A stretch of DNA of 63,668 nucleotides, the filler included, from Pelomyxa schiedti (taxonomy: Eukaryota > Protista > Evosea), in the NCBI GenBank assembly GCA_020536535.1. It is 7 parts of 7 records of this genome, joined end to end, with 100 filler letters (N's around TTAATTAATTAA, not from the genome) between each part and the next. Parts side by side here need not be neighbours in the genome. Positions count along the whole stretch, not along the records: positions 11,256 to 34,088 come from JAHLWZ010001064.1; positions 34,189 to 57,189 come from JAHLWZ010001063.1; 5 more parts are not named here. The stretch is one strand, 5' to 3'. Of this stretch, positions 26,738 through 38,343 are shown piece by piece. Position numbers and translations under genes: made by a program. Under the pieces are notes generated by a model, which was not told the origin of the DNA, did not search any database, and saw only the letters and a program-made list of their open reading frames with translations. Every line of letters begins with the position of its first letter. The first letter of the stretch is position 1.

Positions 26738-26951
26738 TTGGTTGGTGTCTCACGCGAAAACCACACGTGTTTTTTTCGTGTTAGTTCCTCCTTTCCTCGG
26801 ACATCCGTTTTTCGTTGTATTGTTTTTTCCCTGACACCACGTGATCAAATCAAACTCTCGTTTGAACTGATCTTTTCTTTTAGAAGGAGGTGCAGATTGT
26901 GTACAAAATAAATTATATTCAGCCTGTTTATTATACATTTGCGGTAATTCC

Positions 26952-29861
26952 TCAGCATTGGTTTGATGGGACTTGCTTCTTCAGCAGGAGCCTGTGGGTC
27001 GCCTTGTTGCGAGTGACGAAGGTGACACTGAGGTTTGTCTTGCCGATTCCCTGCAAGGGAACGTCTTCAACGAGATATCTCGTGTATGCCTCAACGCTCT
27101 GTGATGCAATCTTGGATGCGTGGACCATTTGTATTGATGGGTTGAGGTTGTTGGTGCTGTTACTGCTGCCGTTGCCGGTTGTTGTTGTTGTGTTTGTGTT
27201 TACAGTGGATGCGAGTTGATCGGCGAGGTGCGTGTTTGCTTGGTGTGTGGCCATGTCACTCGTGATCGTGCACACAACACGGTCATTGCAATCTCCCTCG
27301 CTTCCTCCTCCTTCTATTGCTGCTGGGGAAAGTTCTTGCCGGGAGAGTTCCTTGATGTTTGTAAGTTTCCCAACAGTTTGACACCGGGCTGCTAGGTTCA
27401 CCTGTGATTATTTAATTGTCAAATTGGAGTGATAGATGGAACAAGAGAGAGGGGACGATAATGATATACCGCAGCACCGACCACGTCGGGGTTGATGAGG
27501 GTGTCAGTCTTGAGCAGGCCGTGCAGTGCCGGTCCCGTGGTGATTCCGATTCTGAGTGTGCAGTGCCAATCCGGTGCCTCCGATCCAACAAGTGCTTCCG
27601 CTTTCCGTGACAGTTCAACCACCGATTCCGCGATTCTGAGTGCTGCTGCGTATGCAAGTGCCGGGAACGGTGTGCTGCTTGATTTCTTCTTTTCAACCTG
27701 TTTTTTGATGGTGAGCCGAAATGATTCACTCTTTTTGAAGTCATGCAAACCTCCAATTGGAATCCCCATGTGAAGAAAATTCCATCGCCGAGCCTCTTCA
27801 CAAGCAAGTTGTGTTTGCGTGCCTTCGCGGCTCTCTCAGCGGTGTCATAAAACAACTCGAGAAGCTTGGCTGCAATGTCCGGTGAAACTGACTCACACAG
27901 TGCTGTAAAATCTATTTATTTATTTTTTGGTGAGGAAGAAACCAAGAGGGGATCCAGGTACTTTCGATGTCACAGAACAAATAACATCCCATCCTCCTTG
28001 ACAAAGACGATTCCAGGATCGCCAAGTCCGAGAACTGTTGTTTGCACACAAGCTTTGAAATCACCGGCACAAACGCGGCAACGATTTGCACTTTTCCGTC
28101 GAGCCACTCGAGCTTCTGAAGTATCAGTTGAATCTCAGTCAGCCGGCTGAATGCGTTGATCTTTCTCAAGCACCCTCTGAAGCTCGTGGTCACTGCTCGT
28201 GATTTGTTTGGTTCTTCTTCAGGGTGCACCCTGGAACTGCTAAAATGCCGCGGGGTTGAGGAGACACTGGAACCAACACTCACTTCACTGATTCGCTTGA
28301 TCCTTTGGATGACTTGAAGTTGTCCTCCCAGTGTGAACACAGAAAGGGTGCCAGCAAGAACAATGGCAAGGATCATACTCAGCGAGATGAATTTTGCAGT
28401 GTTCCTCTGCACTTCATTGTAAGTCTTCTGGAAGTAGTTGGTGTCTGTTTGTAAATGTGTTATTTGTGGTTATGTTCGTTCATTATAAATTACCTGCAAT
28501 TACGGTTGTGATTGCAGTGAATCCATAAATCGATTCGATGTGTAGGAACGCGATAGTGTAATTCCGGCCGTGGAAGATGGAAACCTGCGAAAGGTTCCCG
28601 GCAAGCACCGTGGCCAGGTTTGATGAGGAGTCCCTGACTTCCCAGATAGTCGAGTTGAATGTGTTCACAGTTACCACTTGTGATCCAACCATGTATGACG
28701 CAACTTCGCATGTGCTGCTGAGTATCGTTCCGTTGTTGTTCTGGACGAACGTACAAATGATTCCATCCCGTTCGGTTTCTGACAAAAGGGATATAAAATG
28801 GCTTGCAGCAATGGAGCCAGCCAAAAAGCCGCCCATTTGGGATGACTCAGGAAGGAAAAGAGGGGCGTATAAGTCTGCAGTGATGACTTGGTTATTTTTT
28901 ACAACACCAACGCTTCCCCACATAAGGGTCTTCTCGGAGGTGAAAGTTTCCCATTGTTCATCTGAGAGTGTACTGTGTCTACGGAACTTTTCAGGGAAGA
29001 CAATGTTGTAAGGTGCCACCCAGTTTGGCTCATACTTATCAATCAAATAAGGGTAAACGACATTCGTGAAATTATCGCCAAACCTAGTAACGACGCGATC
29101 AGTTAGACCTTATCCAGTGAAAATATGTTTGCTCATACCCATACTGGAATATCTGAATAGCGCCGGCCCAACTATATGGTGCCACAATATACAAGCCTTC
29201 ATCGACAACAAGCCCGTATGATTCCATGACACCACCATATACAGTCATCATGCTAGTCAACTGCCTAGTCTCATTCCAAGCTATCCCAAGCGGAATCGAC
29301 GTGGAATTTACCGGAAGTGTCTCGGATATCATGCAATTCGCGAACTCAACGTAGCTCTTGAGCTGCTTCTCAAAGTTCCCGAGGTTCGTCTCCATTGTGG
29401 CCTTGATGTTGTAGCAGAGAGTAGATATGGTGTCGGTGAGGGACTGGTCCTGCAGGTCGTAGATTCCGTGCGAGGAAGTGGCCCAAATGGTCGCAGAAGG
29501 AACAACCGCCGCGACCACGGCGATTACCAGAACGATGAAGGAGATTGACATCATCACCCGGAGTACGGCTGGCCGGCTTTTTTTCCGCTCGCGTCGCCTA
29601 GGCCGCCGTTGTCCGCCGTCCTTGTTCCCATAATGCTCCTGCTCGTCGTCACTGGAGCAGTCTCCCCCTTTTTTATAGAAAAAAAAAAGCAAGGTTATTG
29701 ACCCTGTGTTTCAGTGTTTCAAAGTTGTATGTAGCGAATAATAAGGGAACAAAGGGAGTACTGGAGGATGAGGATGTCGTCAGGCTGTCGACGTTTGGTG
29801 ATGTGGAAGACAGGCCTGAGGACGACGTTCGTGGGGGTGTACTATTAGCTAACAGCGCCAT
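26952..29861 (-). CDS. Receptor-type class III adenylate cyclase, paralog C
   Basis: Same motifs; start inferred at ATG 29861 (MALLANS) with a first intron before the TM exon. Confidence 0.8.
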
Positions 29862-30183
29862 TTGGCACGACACACACAACAAGGGTAAAAAAAAGACACA
29901 ACAAGTAACTTGGGAACGGTGATGGGTGGAAGAATCTGCTTTAGGGAAAGTCCCGTAAGTCAACGATAGCGAAAAGGGTGGACTCGTGATTGTCCACGAA
30001 TTCCTCCTTTGATTTACCCGGAATGGAGGTGCAAACAATGAATTTTGGTTCCTGAAAGGTGCACCAATGGTGTTGGTTGGACTGGGTGACATGGTGTTTA
30101 ACTATAGTTACATTTGGAGAGCTCAACCCCACAGTTTGGGGTCCCTCCCAGTCACCCACCACCAGCCCAACTTCACTTTTGTT

Positions 30184-33100
30184 TCAGTTGAGGTTGGTTG
30201 TGGTTGTTTGCTGCTCCTGCTGCTGATGATGATGATGGCCTTGTCTTCGGTGTTCTTTATGTTGCCTCAGCCTCTGAGCCGCCTTGTTCCGAGTTACAAA
30301 GGTGACGCTGAGGTTGGTCTTGCCGATCCCCTGCAGTGGGACATCCTCGACCAGGTACCTCGTGTATGCCTCCACGCTCTTGCTTGCGACCACGGCCGCG
30401 TGCACCATCTGTACTGACGGGTTGGGTGTGTCCGACGAGAGCTGCTCGGCGAGGTGCGTGTTGGCTTGGTGCGTGGCCATGTCGCTCGTGATCGTGCACA
30501 CGACGCGGTCGGGCCCGTCGACCTCGTCGACGTTGTTTGTTGTTGTTGTTGCTGCTAATGACAGTGTAGGAAGTTCCTGCCGGGAGAGTTCCTTGATGTT
30601 TGCGAGCTTCCCGACGGTTTGACACCGGGCTGCAAAGTTCACCTGTGATTGGTTGTAAACTTGGGGGGAGTGATAGAACATAGGGAAAGAAATGACATAC
30701 CGCGGCGCCGACCACGTCGGGGTTGATGAGGGTGTCAGTCTTGAGCAGGCCGTGGAGCGCCGGTCCCGTGGTGATTCCGATTCTGAGTGTGCAGTGCCAA
30801 TCCGGTGCCTCCGATCCAACAAGTGCTTCAGCTTTCCGTGACAGTTCAACCACCGATTCCGCAATCCTGAGTGCTGCTGCGTATGCAAGTGCCGGGAGCG
30901 GTGTGCTGCTTGATTTCTTCTTTTCAACCTGTTTTTTGATGGTGAGCCGAAATGTTTCACATTGACGTTGAAGTAATGCGAACCTCCAATTGGAACCCCC
31001 ATGTGAAGAAAATTCCATCGCCGAGCCTCTTCACAAGCAAGTTGTGTTTGTGTGCCTTCGCGGCTCTCTCAGCGGTGTCATAAAACAACTCAAGAAGCTT
31101 GGCTGCAATGTCCGGTGAAACCGACTCGCACAATGCTGTGAAATCTTTTCGGTGTGAGGTATGAGCAAAGTAAAACAGATTTGGCGGAATCTACACACTT
31201 TCGATGTCACAGAACAAATAACATCCCATCCTCCTTGACAAAGACGATTCCAGGATCGCCAAGTCCGAGAATTGTTGCCTGCACACAAGCTTTGAAATCA
31301 CCGGCACAAACGCGGCAACGATTTGCACTTTTCCGTCGAGCCACTCGAGCTTCTCAAGTATCAGTTTGATTTCAGTCAGCCGGCTGAATGCGTTGATCTT
31401 TCTCAAGAACCCTCCGAGGTTCGTGGTCACTCCTCTGGATTTATCCAGTTCTTCTTCTGGGTGCACAGTGGAGCCATGAATACGCGGTTGGGTTGAAGCA
31501 CTGGAACCAACACTCACATCACTGATCTTCTTGATCCTTTGGATGACTTGAAGTTGTCCTCCCAGTGTGAACACAGAAAGGGTTCCAGCGAGAATAAGCG
31601 CAACGATCATGATGATAATAATGAATCTTTCGGTGTGATTTTGCACTCTGTTGTAAGTCTTCTGGAAGTAGTTGATGTCTATTTATAGAGCACATCAGAG
31701 AAAGTCGCAAATCGCAACGACATACCGCCAATTACAGTTGTGATTGCCGTGAACCCATAAATCGATTCGATGCGCTGGAACGCGACGATATAGCCCTTGC
31801 CTTGGAAAATGGAAACTTCTGAAAGGTTTCCAGCGAGCACAGCCGCAAGATGTGATGCGGAGTCCCTGACTTCCCAGATAGTCGAGTTGTCTGTGTTCAC
31901 TGTGACCACTTGTGATCCATTCTTGTATGAAGCATCTTCGCATGTGCTGCTGAGTATCGTTCCGTTGTAGTTCTGGACGAATGTGCAAATGATTCCATCC
32001 TGTTCGGAGTCTGTCATAAGGGATATAAAGCTGTCAGCAGCAATAGAGCAAGTAACAAAGCCACCCAATTCCGATGAATCGGGAAGGAAAAGAGGGGCGT
32101 ACAAGTCTGCAGTAATGATTTCATTGTTGTCAAATATACCAACGTTTCCCCACATAAGAGTGAGGTCAGAACTAAAAGTTGCCCATTGTTCATCTGAGAG
32201 TGAGGCATGCTCCCGGAATGGTACAATTGGGAAGGTTAGCGGAGTATCCCAGTTTGGTTCATACTTATCAATCAAGTAATAGTAGATTTCCATTGTGCAG
32301 TTAGACCCGTATCTTTAGAGAAGTGAGTAGAGACCAAAAAAGAAATTGGTTTTCATACCCACGTTGAAAGCCATGAACAGCCCCAGCCCAACTTTTTGGA
32401 GCAACGATATAGAGTCCCTCGGAAACCCAAACACCAAGAGATTCCACCACACCACCGTACACTGTCAGCATAGTAAGAATGTGCCTCGAAGCATTGTATG
32501 TAAGATCAAGTGGCAAAGATGTAGCGTTGGTTCCATCCAGCTTCTGTGATACCATTGTGTTTGCGAATCCCACGGAGCTTGCTACCTCCTTCTCAAAGTT
32601 TCCGAGCCTGGTCTCCATCATCACTTTTATGTTATTGCAGATTGCTGATATCTTGTCATTCATGGACTTGTCTTCCAAATCGGTGATTCCCTTGGACGCC
32701 TTAGCCCAGACTGTAGCAGAGGGGACAACTGCAGCAATAATAGCTATAATCAGCACAATAAAAGATATTGAAAACAGAATCTTCAGCACCAAAGGCCTCA
32801 CTCTTTTTCCCTTCTTCTTATTCTTGTCCTTGTGGCTCCTTGTCCCATAATCGCTCGCCGAGGCATCCACACTCTCCGCATCAGAGTCCAGTATCCCGGT
32901 TCTGATACTGACAGTGATGCTACTCGTTGTGCTTTCGCCGCCACTTGAACTTGCCCCTGACGAAAGAGTGACGCTACTAGCCACGCTCGTTGTTGTGACC
33001 GTGGAGATAGACCTGGCCCTGTCGGCCCGCGAACTTATGGGATCGTCTCGGTCCCCGCCAGACACTTGCACAACCTCGCTTGCGTTTTTGATGACGACCG

Positions 33101-33365
33101 TCCTTTTGCCGCCCCCTCCGCCGCCACTCGATGACCTGATTATGGGTTGCGGGTGCTGAGGTTGCGGCGGTGGGTTCTGTGAGTCATTCTTGTCGTGGAC
33201 CGTGTCGTGCCAACTGACGACCGGGCTTTTTCCTTCGCAACTACCAATGGCAGAGCGCGTAGGGGTACCGGCCGTTGTGACGTCACTAAGCTTAATGACA
33301 TGGTGAGTGCTGTTAGTGTCGCCCGGTTCTTGGGGTTTTTCTGGTTGTTGCTCCTTCTCGTCCAT
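30184..33365 (-). CDS. Receptor-type class III adenylate cyclase, paralog D
   Basis: Same motifs; long Ser/Thr-rich N-terminus starting MDEKEQQ. Confidence 0.85.
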
Positions 33366-33615
33366 GGAATGGTAAGTATCGAGTGTTGCTTTTGTTTTGT
33401 TGGTTTTTGGTTGGGGCTGGGCTCCTACGTCGTTTGGGTTTAATTTCCTTAACACTCGGAGTGTCCTTCACAGAAAGCGTCGTTGCGATGTTGATTGTGT
33501 AGAAGACATTGATGACTTACCCCCTAATCAACAACCATCTTGGTCCTTTCCCTTAAAAGTAGAAGGTTCACGGGGGCCGAATTTTGACACCACTGAAATC
33601 CGAAAGAACTGGTTG

Positions 33616-34088
33616 TTACGTTTCGGTAACGAGCACAGGTGACGTGTTGCCATTGTGCATCGAGGCACACACGACCGGGGTATTGCTGCTATCACGTCCA
33701 CATGGAGGTACGACAGCGAGGGAGTTCACCCAGTCCCCAAGTGGCTTAACCTGCAAATCACAAATCAATCAAATGTCTCCTAGAGAGTGGAGATTGTGGG
33801 ACCGGTACCGTGCTGTGGCCGTCGGCGCCGTGGAAAATGCGAAGTCCATCAAATGCACCACCGCATATAAGTAGGTCCTCAGTCTTTCCTCTTTTTTAAA
33901 AAAAAGAAGGGGGCAGGTTTAGCCATATATATAGAGTGAATAGGAGAGTTATTAGAACAAAAAAGGAACCTGTAGCAGCACATGGCGGATACCGGTTCAT
34001 TCACTGTGAAGGGTAGTCTGATTACTAATGAAGAACTTCCGTAGTCAACGGCATACATGAACCCGTCACAGCAACCAATAACAACAGT
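33616..34088 (-). CDS. 3' exons of a probable beta-propeller (WD40/FG-GAP-like) protein, truncated at the contig edge
   Basis: Spliceable exons VVIGCCDGFMYAVD..., DLLICGGAFDGLRIF..., KPLGDWVNSLAVV...VTET*. Confidence 0.45.
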
Positions 34089-34260
34089 NNNNNNNNNNNN
34101 NNNNNNNNNNNNNNNNNNNNNNNNNNNNNNNNTTAATTAATTAANNNNNNNNNNNNNNNNNNNNNNNNNNNNNNNNNNNNNNNNNNNNCTCGCATTAACG
34201 TGCATATTGCTTAATTAGCACAAACAATATTCCCGTTCCAAACACCCAAGCCCAGAAGTA

Positions 34261-34338
<78 letters not shown>

Positions 34339-34369
34339 AAAAGAAGAAACAGGATAATGATCCACATAC

Positions 34370-34489
34370 GGGAGGTGGCGCCGACGCAGCGGGAGGAGGC
34401 GGCGGTGGCGGCGGAGGCGGGGCGCCGCCCGATGAAGGTGGCGGTGGTGGCGGCGGCGCTGATTTACCTCCTCCTTTCTTTCCAAACAT
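34370..34489 (-). CDS. First exon of a polyproline-rich protein; the rest lies beyond the contig edge
   Basis: MFGKKGGGKSAPPPPPPP...APPP followed by a GTATGT donor and an intron with a 75-nt poly-T tract (poly-A at 34262-34336 on +). Confidence 0.55.
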
Positions 34490-34787
34490 TGACGTACTTA
34501 CTTAATTATACTGGGGGATTTGTTGTTGTTGTTGTGTTGTGCGTGGCGCGGCTCTTGGGCTTGTGCTTTTTGACTGTTAGGTTTTATCAGCTTTCCTTTG
34601 AAAAGGTTTTTGATTTTTTTTTTCGTAAGTTACGGCGTTTTCTTCTCTTTTTTTTTGTTGACGTCGGAGATCGGGGGATCTTCAAATGCAACCGATTCAC
34701 GCAAGGACCAACAGCCTCTCCGTGTGATTTGACGGCACACAAGAAGAATAACAAACATAATATCAAGTAGTTGCTTGTTTGCTCCGT

Positions 34788-37080
34788 ATGTCTCTGCGTG
34801 ATCTCGGTAGTTTAGTGTCTGCGTTCAACAATGCGAGGCTCATGCCATCCGGCCCTGAGCGCTCCAGATCCTGCGATTCCATCACTCGCGATGGTGCCTC
34901 ATGACTCATCTTTTTTTTTTTCCCCCTTTCTTCCGCCCCCTATTTGTTGTTTCAAACCTAGTTTGTCTTTTTGCTTTACTCCCTGTTTTATTAACTGTAA
35001 TATGGCCCTTCAGTTGAATCGCACCTTGATAAGGTACAGGCCAGCCAAGGGGGACAGTGGACAACACTGCATCACTCGGTCGTCGCCAGCCTAGCGTCGT
35101 ACCTATCATCTCCCACAATTGCAACTGGCTCTGCCACTACTTGCAGTGCTGCCACTTCTACTACAACTACAACTCCAACTGCAGCTAGCACTGCATCTCA
35201 GAGTGATGCGAGTGGGAGTGCTACCGTGGGTGAGGCTTCGAGTGCGGCTGCTACTGTTGTGTTTGATGGTTATGGGTTGACTGAGGGACACAGGCTGGTG
35301 GCTGCATTGTGGCATGCTATTTCTGCTCGGAAGGGGGAGGTGCCCACGGATGGAGCTGTGGCTGGAGTGGCTAAGATGGCGGAGAGCCAACCTCTGTTTC
35401 TGCAGAATGTTGCCAGATATTGCTTGAGAACTTGGATAGCACAGGATTGTCTTTCCTTGAAGCAGTGAGTCCCTCGATCTTGTTTGGGAACTGTATTTCG
35501 TTGGGAAAAACATTATCGCCGAACTAATAACCTTCTCAGGTGGCGATGTCTGGCAGATCATGTTGCAGTGATTAATAGCATGCCAAATGACAACGATACA
35601 CCCAAGAGGACAATGTGGCTGGAGAACTTTGGTGGTTACATCTCAGCCAGATGCAGTGGACCTAGTTTGAGCCAGGTATATTAACTTTCCTACTACCGGC
35701 AATCCTTTCTTAAGCAATTCTTTAGATAACAGGCTGCCTCATCGGGCAATGTGTTGGCGATGCCTTTGTGAGTTATTAGTTTTTTTCCCCCAATCCTGTT
35801 TCAATGCTCTCGGACATAAACCCACAACAGGGGTTTCCAGTTGAAGGCCAGTCCCGAGAATATACTACTCTCTACGCAAAAGAGTTTATTTATACGATTG
35901 ATCATGTTCCCACTCATGCTAGAGGGGACTTTGCGTTTGGCCAATTTACAGATGATAGCCAGGTGTGGTTTTCTCTTTCTACACTCTTATAAATCGGATC
36001 AACCAAAAGCTCGCGCGGGAATTGATGATAAGCCTCTGTGAAACGGGAGGAATCTTCAACCCACAGAACTATGCGAATAGTGTGTCTTTTTTCGTACATA
36101 TTAGTGGTCTGAATGTTATTAGGAATTGCTGGAATGTTCACACCTCCCCACTATAAAATTGTGGGACTGGGAAGAACTACAGAGCAAGCCGCTGCAAATG
36201 TTCTGTTGGGTGTACCATGGCACCAGTCAGGTATAGTTTTTCACCTCTCATTTTCTCTGATTTTTCTTTCCAGGGAGTAGAACAGGTCATGGAAATGGAA
36301 GTGCAATGCGGGCTGCACCTGTGGGACTATTTTTCCATTCCCACATTGAAGATCTAGTTCAGGCAGCAGTTGATCAGGTTTGTGGGTAATATGGAAATTT
36401 TACACCCACTGTAAAAAATCAGAGCCGGATCACACATGCCCTCTCTGTATGCAATGCTTCAGCTGTCGCGATCTCTGCTGCAACCAGACTTGCACTTCTG
36501 CCAAGTCCTGTGGACTCACATTTGTTCATCGCAAATTTAGCCCGTACTGTGGCTCCTGTATGCTTTCAGATGATAAATTAATCCTAACCTCTTTCAATTT
36601 GGTAGGTTGATTTCTCAGTCAGCAAAGCTATCTTGGCACTTGAAGAGTGCGTTAACCTTAGCATCGACCTGGCAATCCCTAAAGTATTGGCCTCGGGTGA
36701 AGCTTGTGGGGACAAAATTCGGTCTGACAGAAATGGCATATCCACAAGTGCCGTGGGTATGATAAAAATTTTCGACAGTTTCGGTACTAAAAACAAAAAA
36801 AGAGGCAATGCTCTGGGCACTTTACAGCTTCTTAAAGTCCCCAGATGATTACATCAATTGCATTGGGACAGCAATAAGTGGAGGTGGGGATGTGGACACC
36901 ACGGCGGCCATGGCCGGTGCTATCTGTGGTGCACATGTTGGTGTGGAGAAGATTCCACAACTGTGGAGGTCAAAAGTAAATGATCGTGGTGACTGGACCG
37001 AGGACAAACTCACAGCTCTGGCCACACGGGCCAACAGTGTCATACAGCACTTGCACACAGAGACACACTCAGAGCCATAA
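34788..37080 (+). CDS. ADP-ribosylglycohydrolase (DraG/ARH3 family) with an N-terminal extension, multi-exon
   Basis: GCLIGQCVGDAF|GFPVEG, FTDDSQ, GNGSAMRAAP, SRITH, GGGDVDTTAAMAGAICGA; upstream exons splice in frame from ATG 34788. Confidence 0.9.
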
Positions 37081-37145
37081 CCCACTAAACACAAGGATAA
37101 ACAAAAGACCAAAGAGGCATAATTTTCTGCCCATTTCATATCAAG

Positions 37146-38262
37146 TCACAGAAGGCCTGCAAAGAAGAACCCGCCGGAGGGACCTTGGCATTTGTAGTTC
37201 ACAGCACACTTGTTGAGGTCGTAGGATATGAACCCAATGCTGTTTGGGAATGATCCAGATATGAAGAGTGTGTCCCCAGCGTCACTTACAACAACACTGT
37301 CAAGGTAGTATGTCTCTGGGAGGGAGCACAACTTGGTGGCGAACCCACTGACTGGGTCCAGTGTTGATATGGTTGTGTCCGTGACATAGAGAATTCGTTT
37401 GTTGGTGTTGTCATATGATGTCATTCCATCCCAGTAGTCTGTGGCTACCTATTTCGTTTTGGGTTGAATGACTTTTGCAGTGTTGTGAGTGTCTGGTTGG
37501 AACCTGATTCAGAATGTTTCCTGTGGGTACATCCACTGTTATCAACTCTTGAACCCATTTAACACCCTCCCTGATATCCCAGACTTTAATATATTGCTGG
37601 TCAACTTGATTCCAACTGAATGAAATCAGCAACGGGTCAATGAATGAAACAAAACCTGGGGGAATAACCATAGTATTCCCAAGAAGATGCTATTGTGGAA
37701 ATAACATCGCAATATCCAGAGTCTTTATTGAGAGCGCACAGACTATACACCATAGCTGCTGTATCATTAACAGCGGACAAGTATCTTTGTTTGTAGTGTG
37801 AACTGCTAAAGTTCTGAGGGTGCTTTTTTTAAACAACATGTTTCCGGTGGCAGAGTCCCAAATAGGAGAATCATAGTATGAAACTTGAATTGGAACCTTG
37901 GTTAGTACTTGACCAGTATCCAGATCAATGCTCCACACTTGCTCCCTTTCATAGACAAAAATAAACATGTAGTAAATCTTTTCTCCAAAAAAGATTAGAG
38001 TGCCAGCAAGCGAAAACACCAAACTACTCTTTTCCTTCCCCCTTTGCAGTTAATTCCATACATGGTTTAGCCTGTCAACTACACCTGTAGTCACTTCTCC
38101 CGTAGTTCCAGTGCTGTACACCGGTGTCCACACACAACTCCCAGAGTCAGAGGCATTGAGCGTGTAGATAGTAGATGGCCAGCTGTTTCCAGCCAAAAGG
38201 GCACCTCCTGCAACACAACAGGCGTACAACGACACCGTGAAAAGAAGCAGGCCAGCAATCAT
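37146..38262 (-). CDS. Secreted hypothetical protein (signal peptide, beta-rich), multi-exon
   Basis: MIAGLLLFTVSLYACCVAG signal peptide; repeated xIDxxTG beta-hairpin-like motifs in successive exons. Confidence 0.6.
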
Positions 38263-38343
38263 CTCCCTTTGATGGTGTCGGTTGGAAATTTTTAAATTTT
38301 TTTTAAAAAAGCCACAAATTTTGATTAAGATCTGTGAATGTTT

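Noticed and set aside
34195-34485. Poly-Phe ORFs
   Set aside because: Read-through into an intronic 75-nt homopolymer
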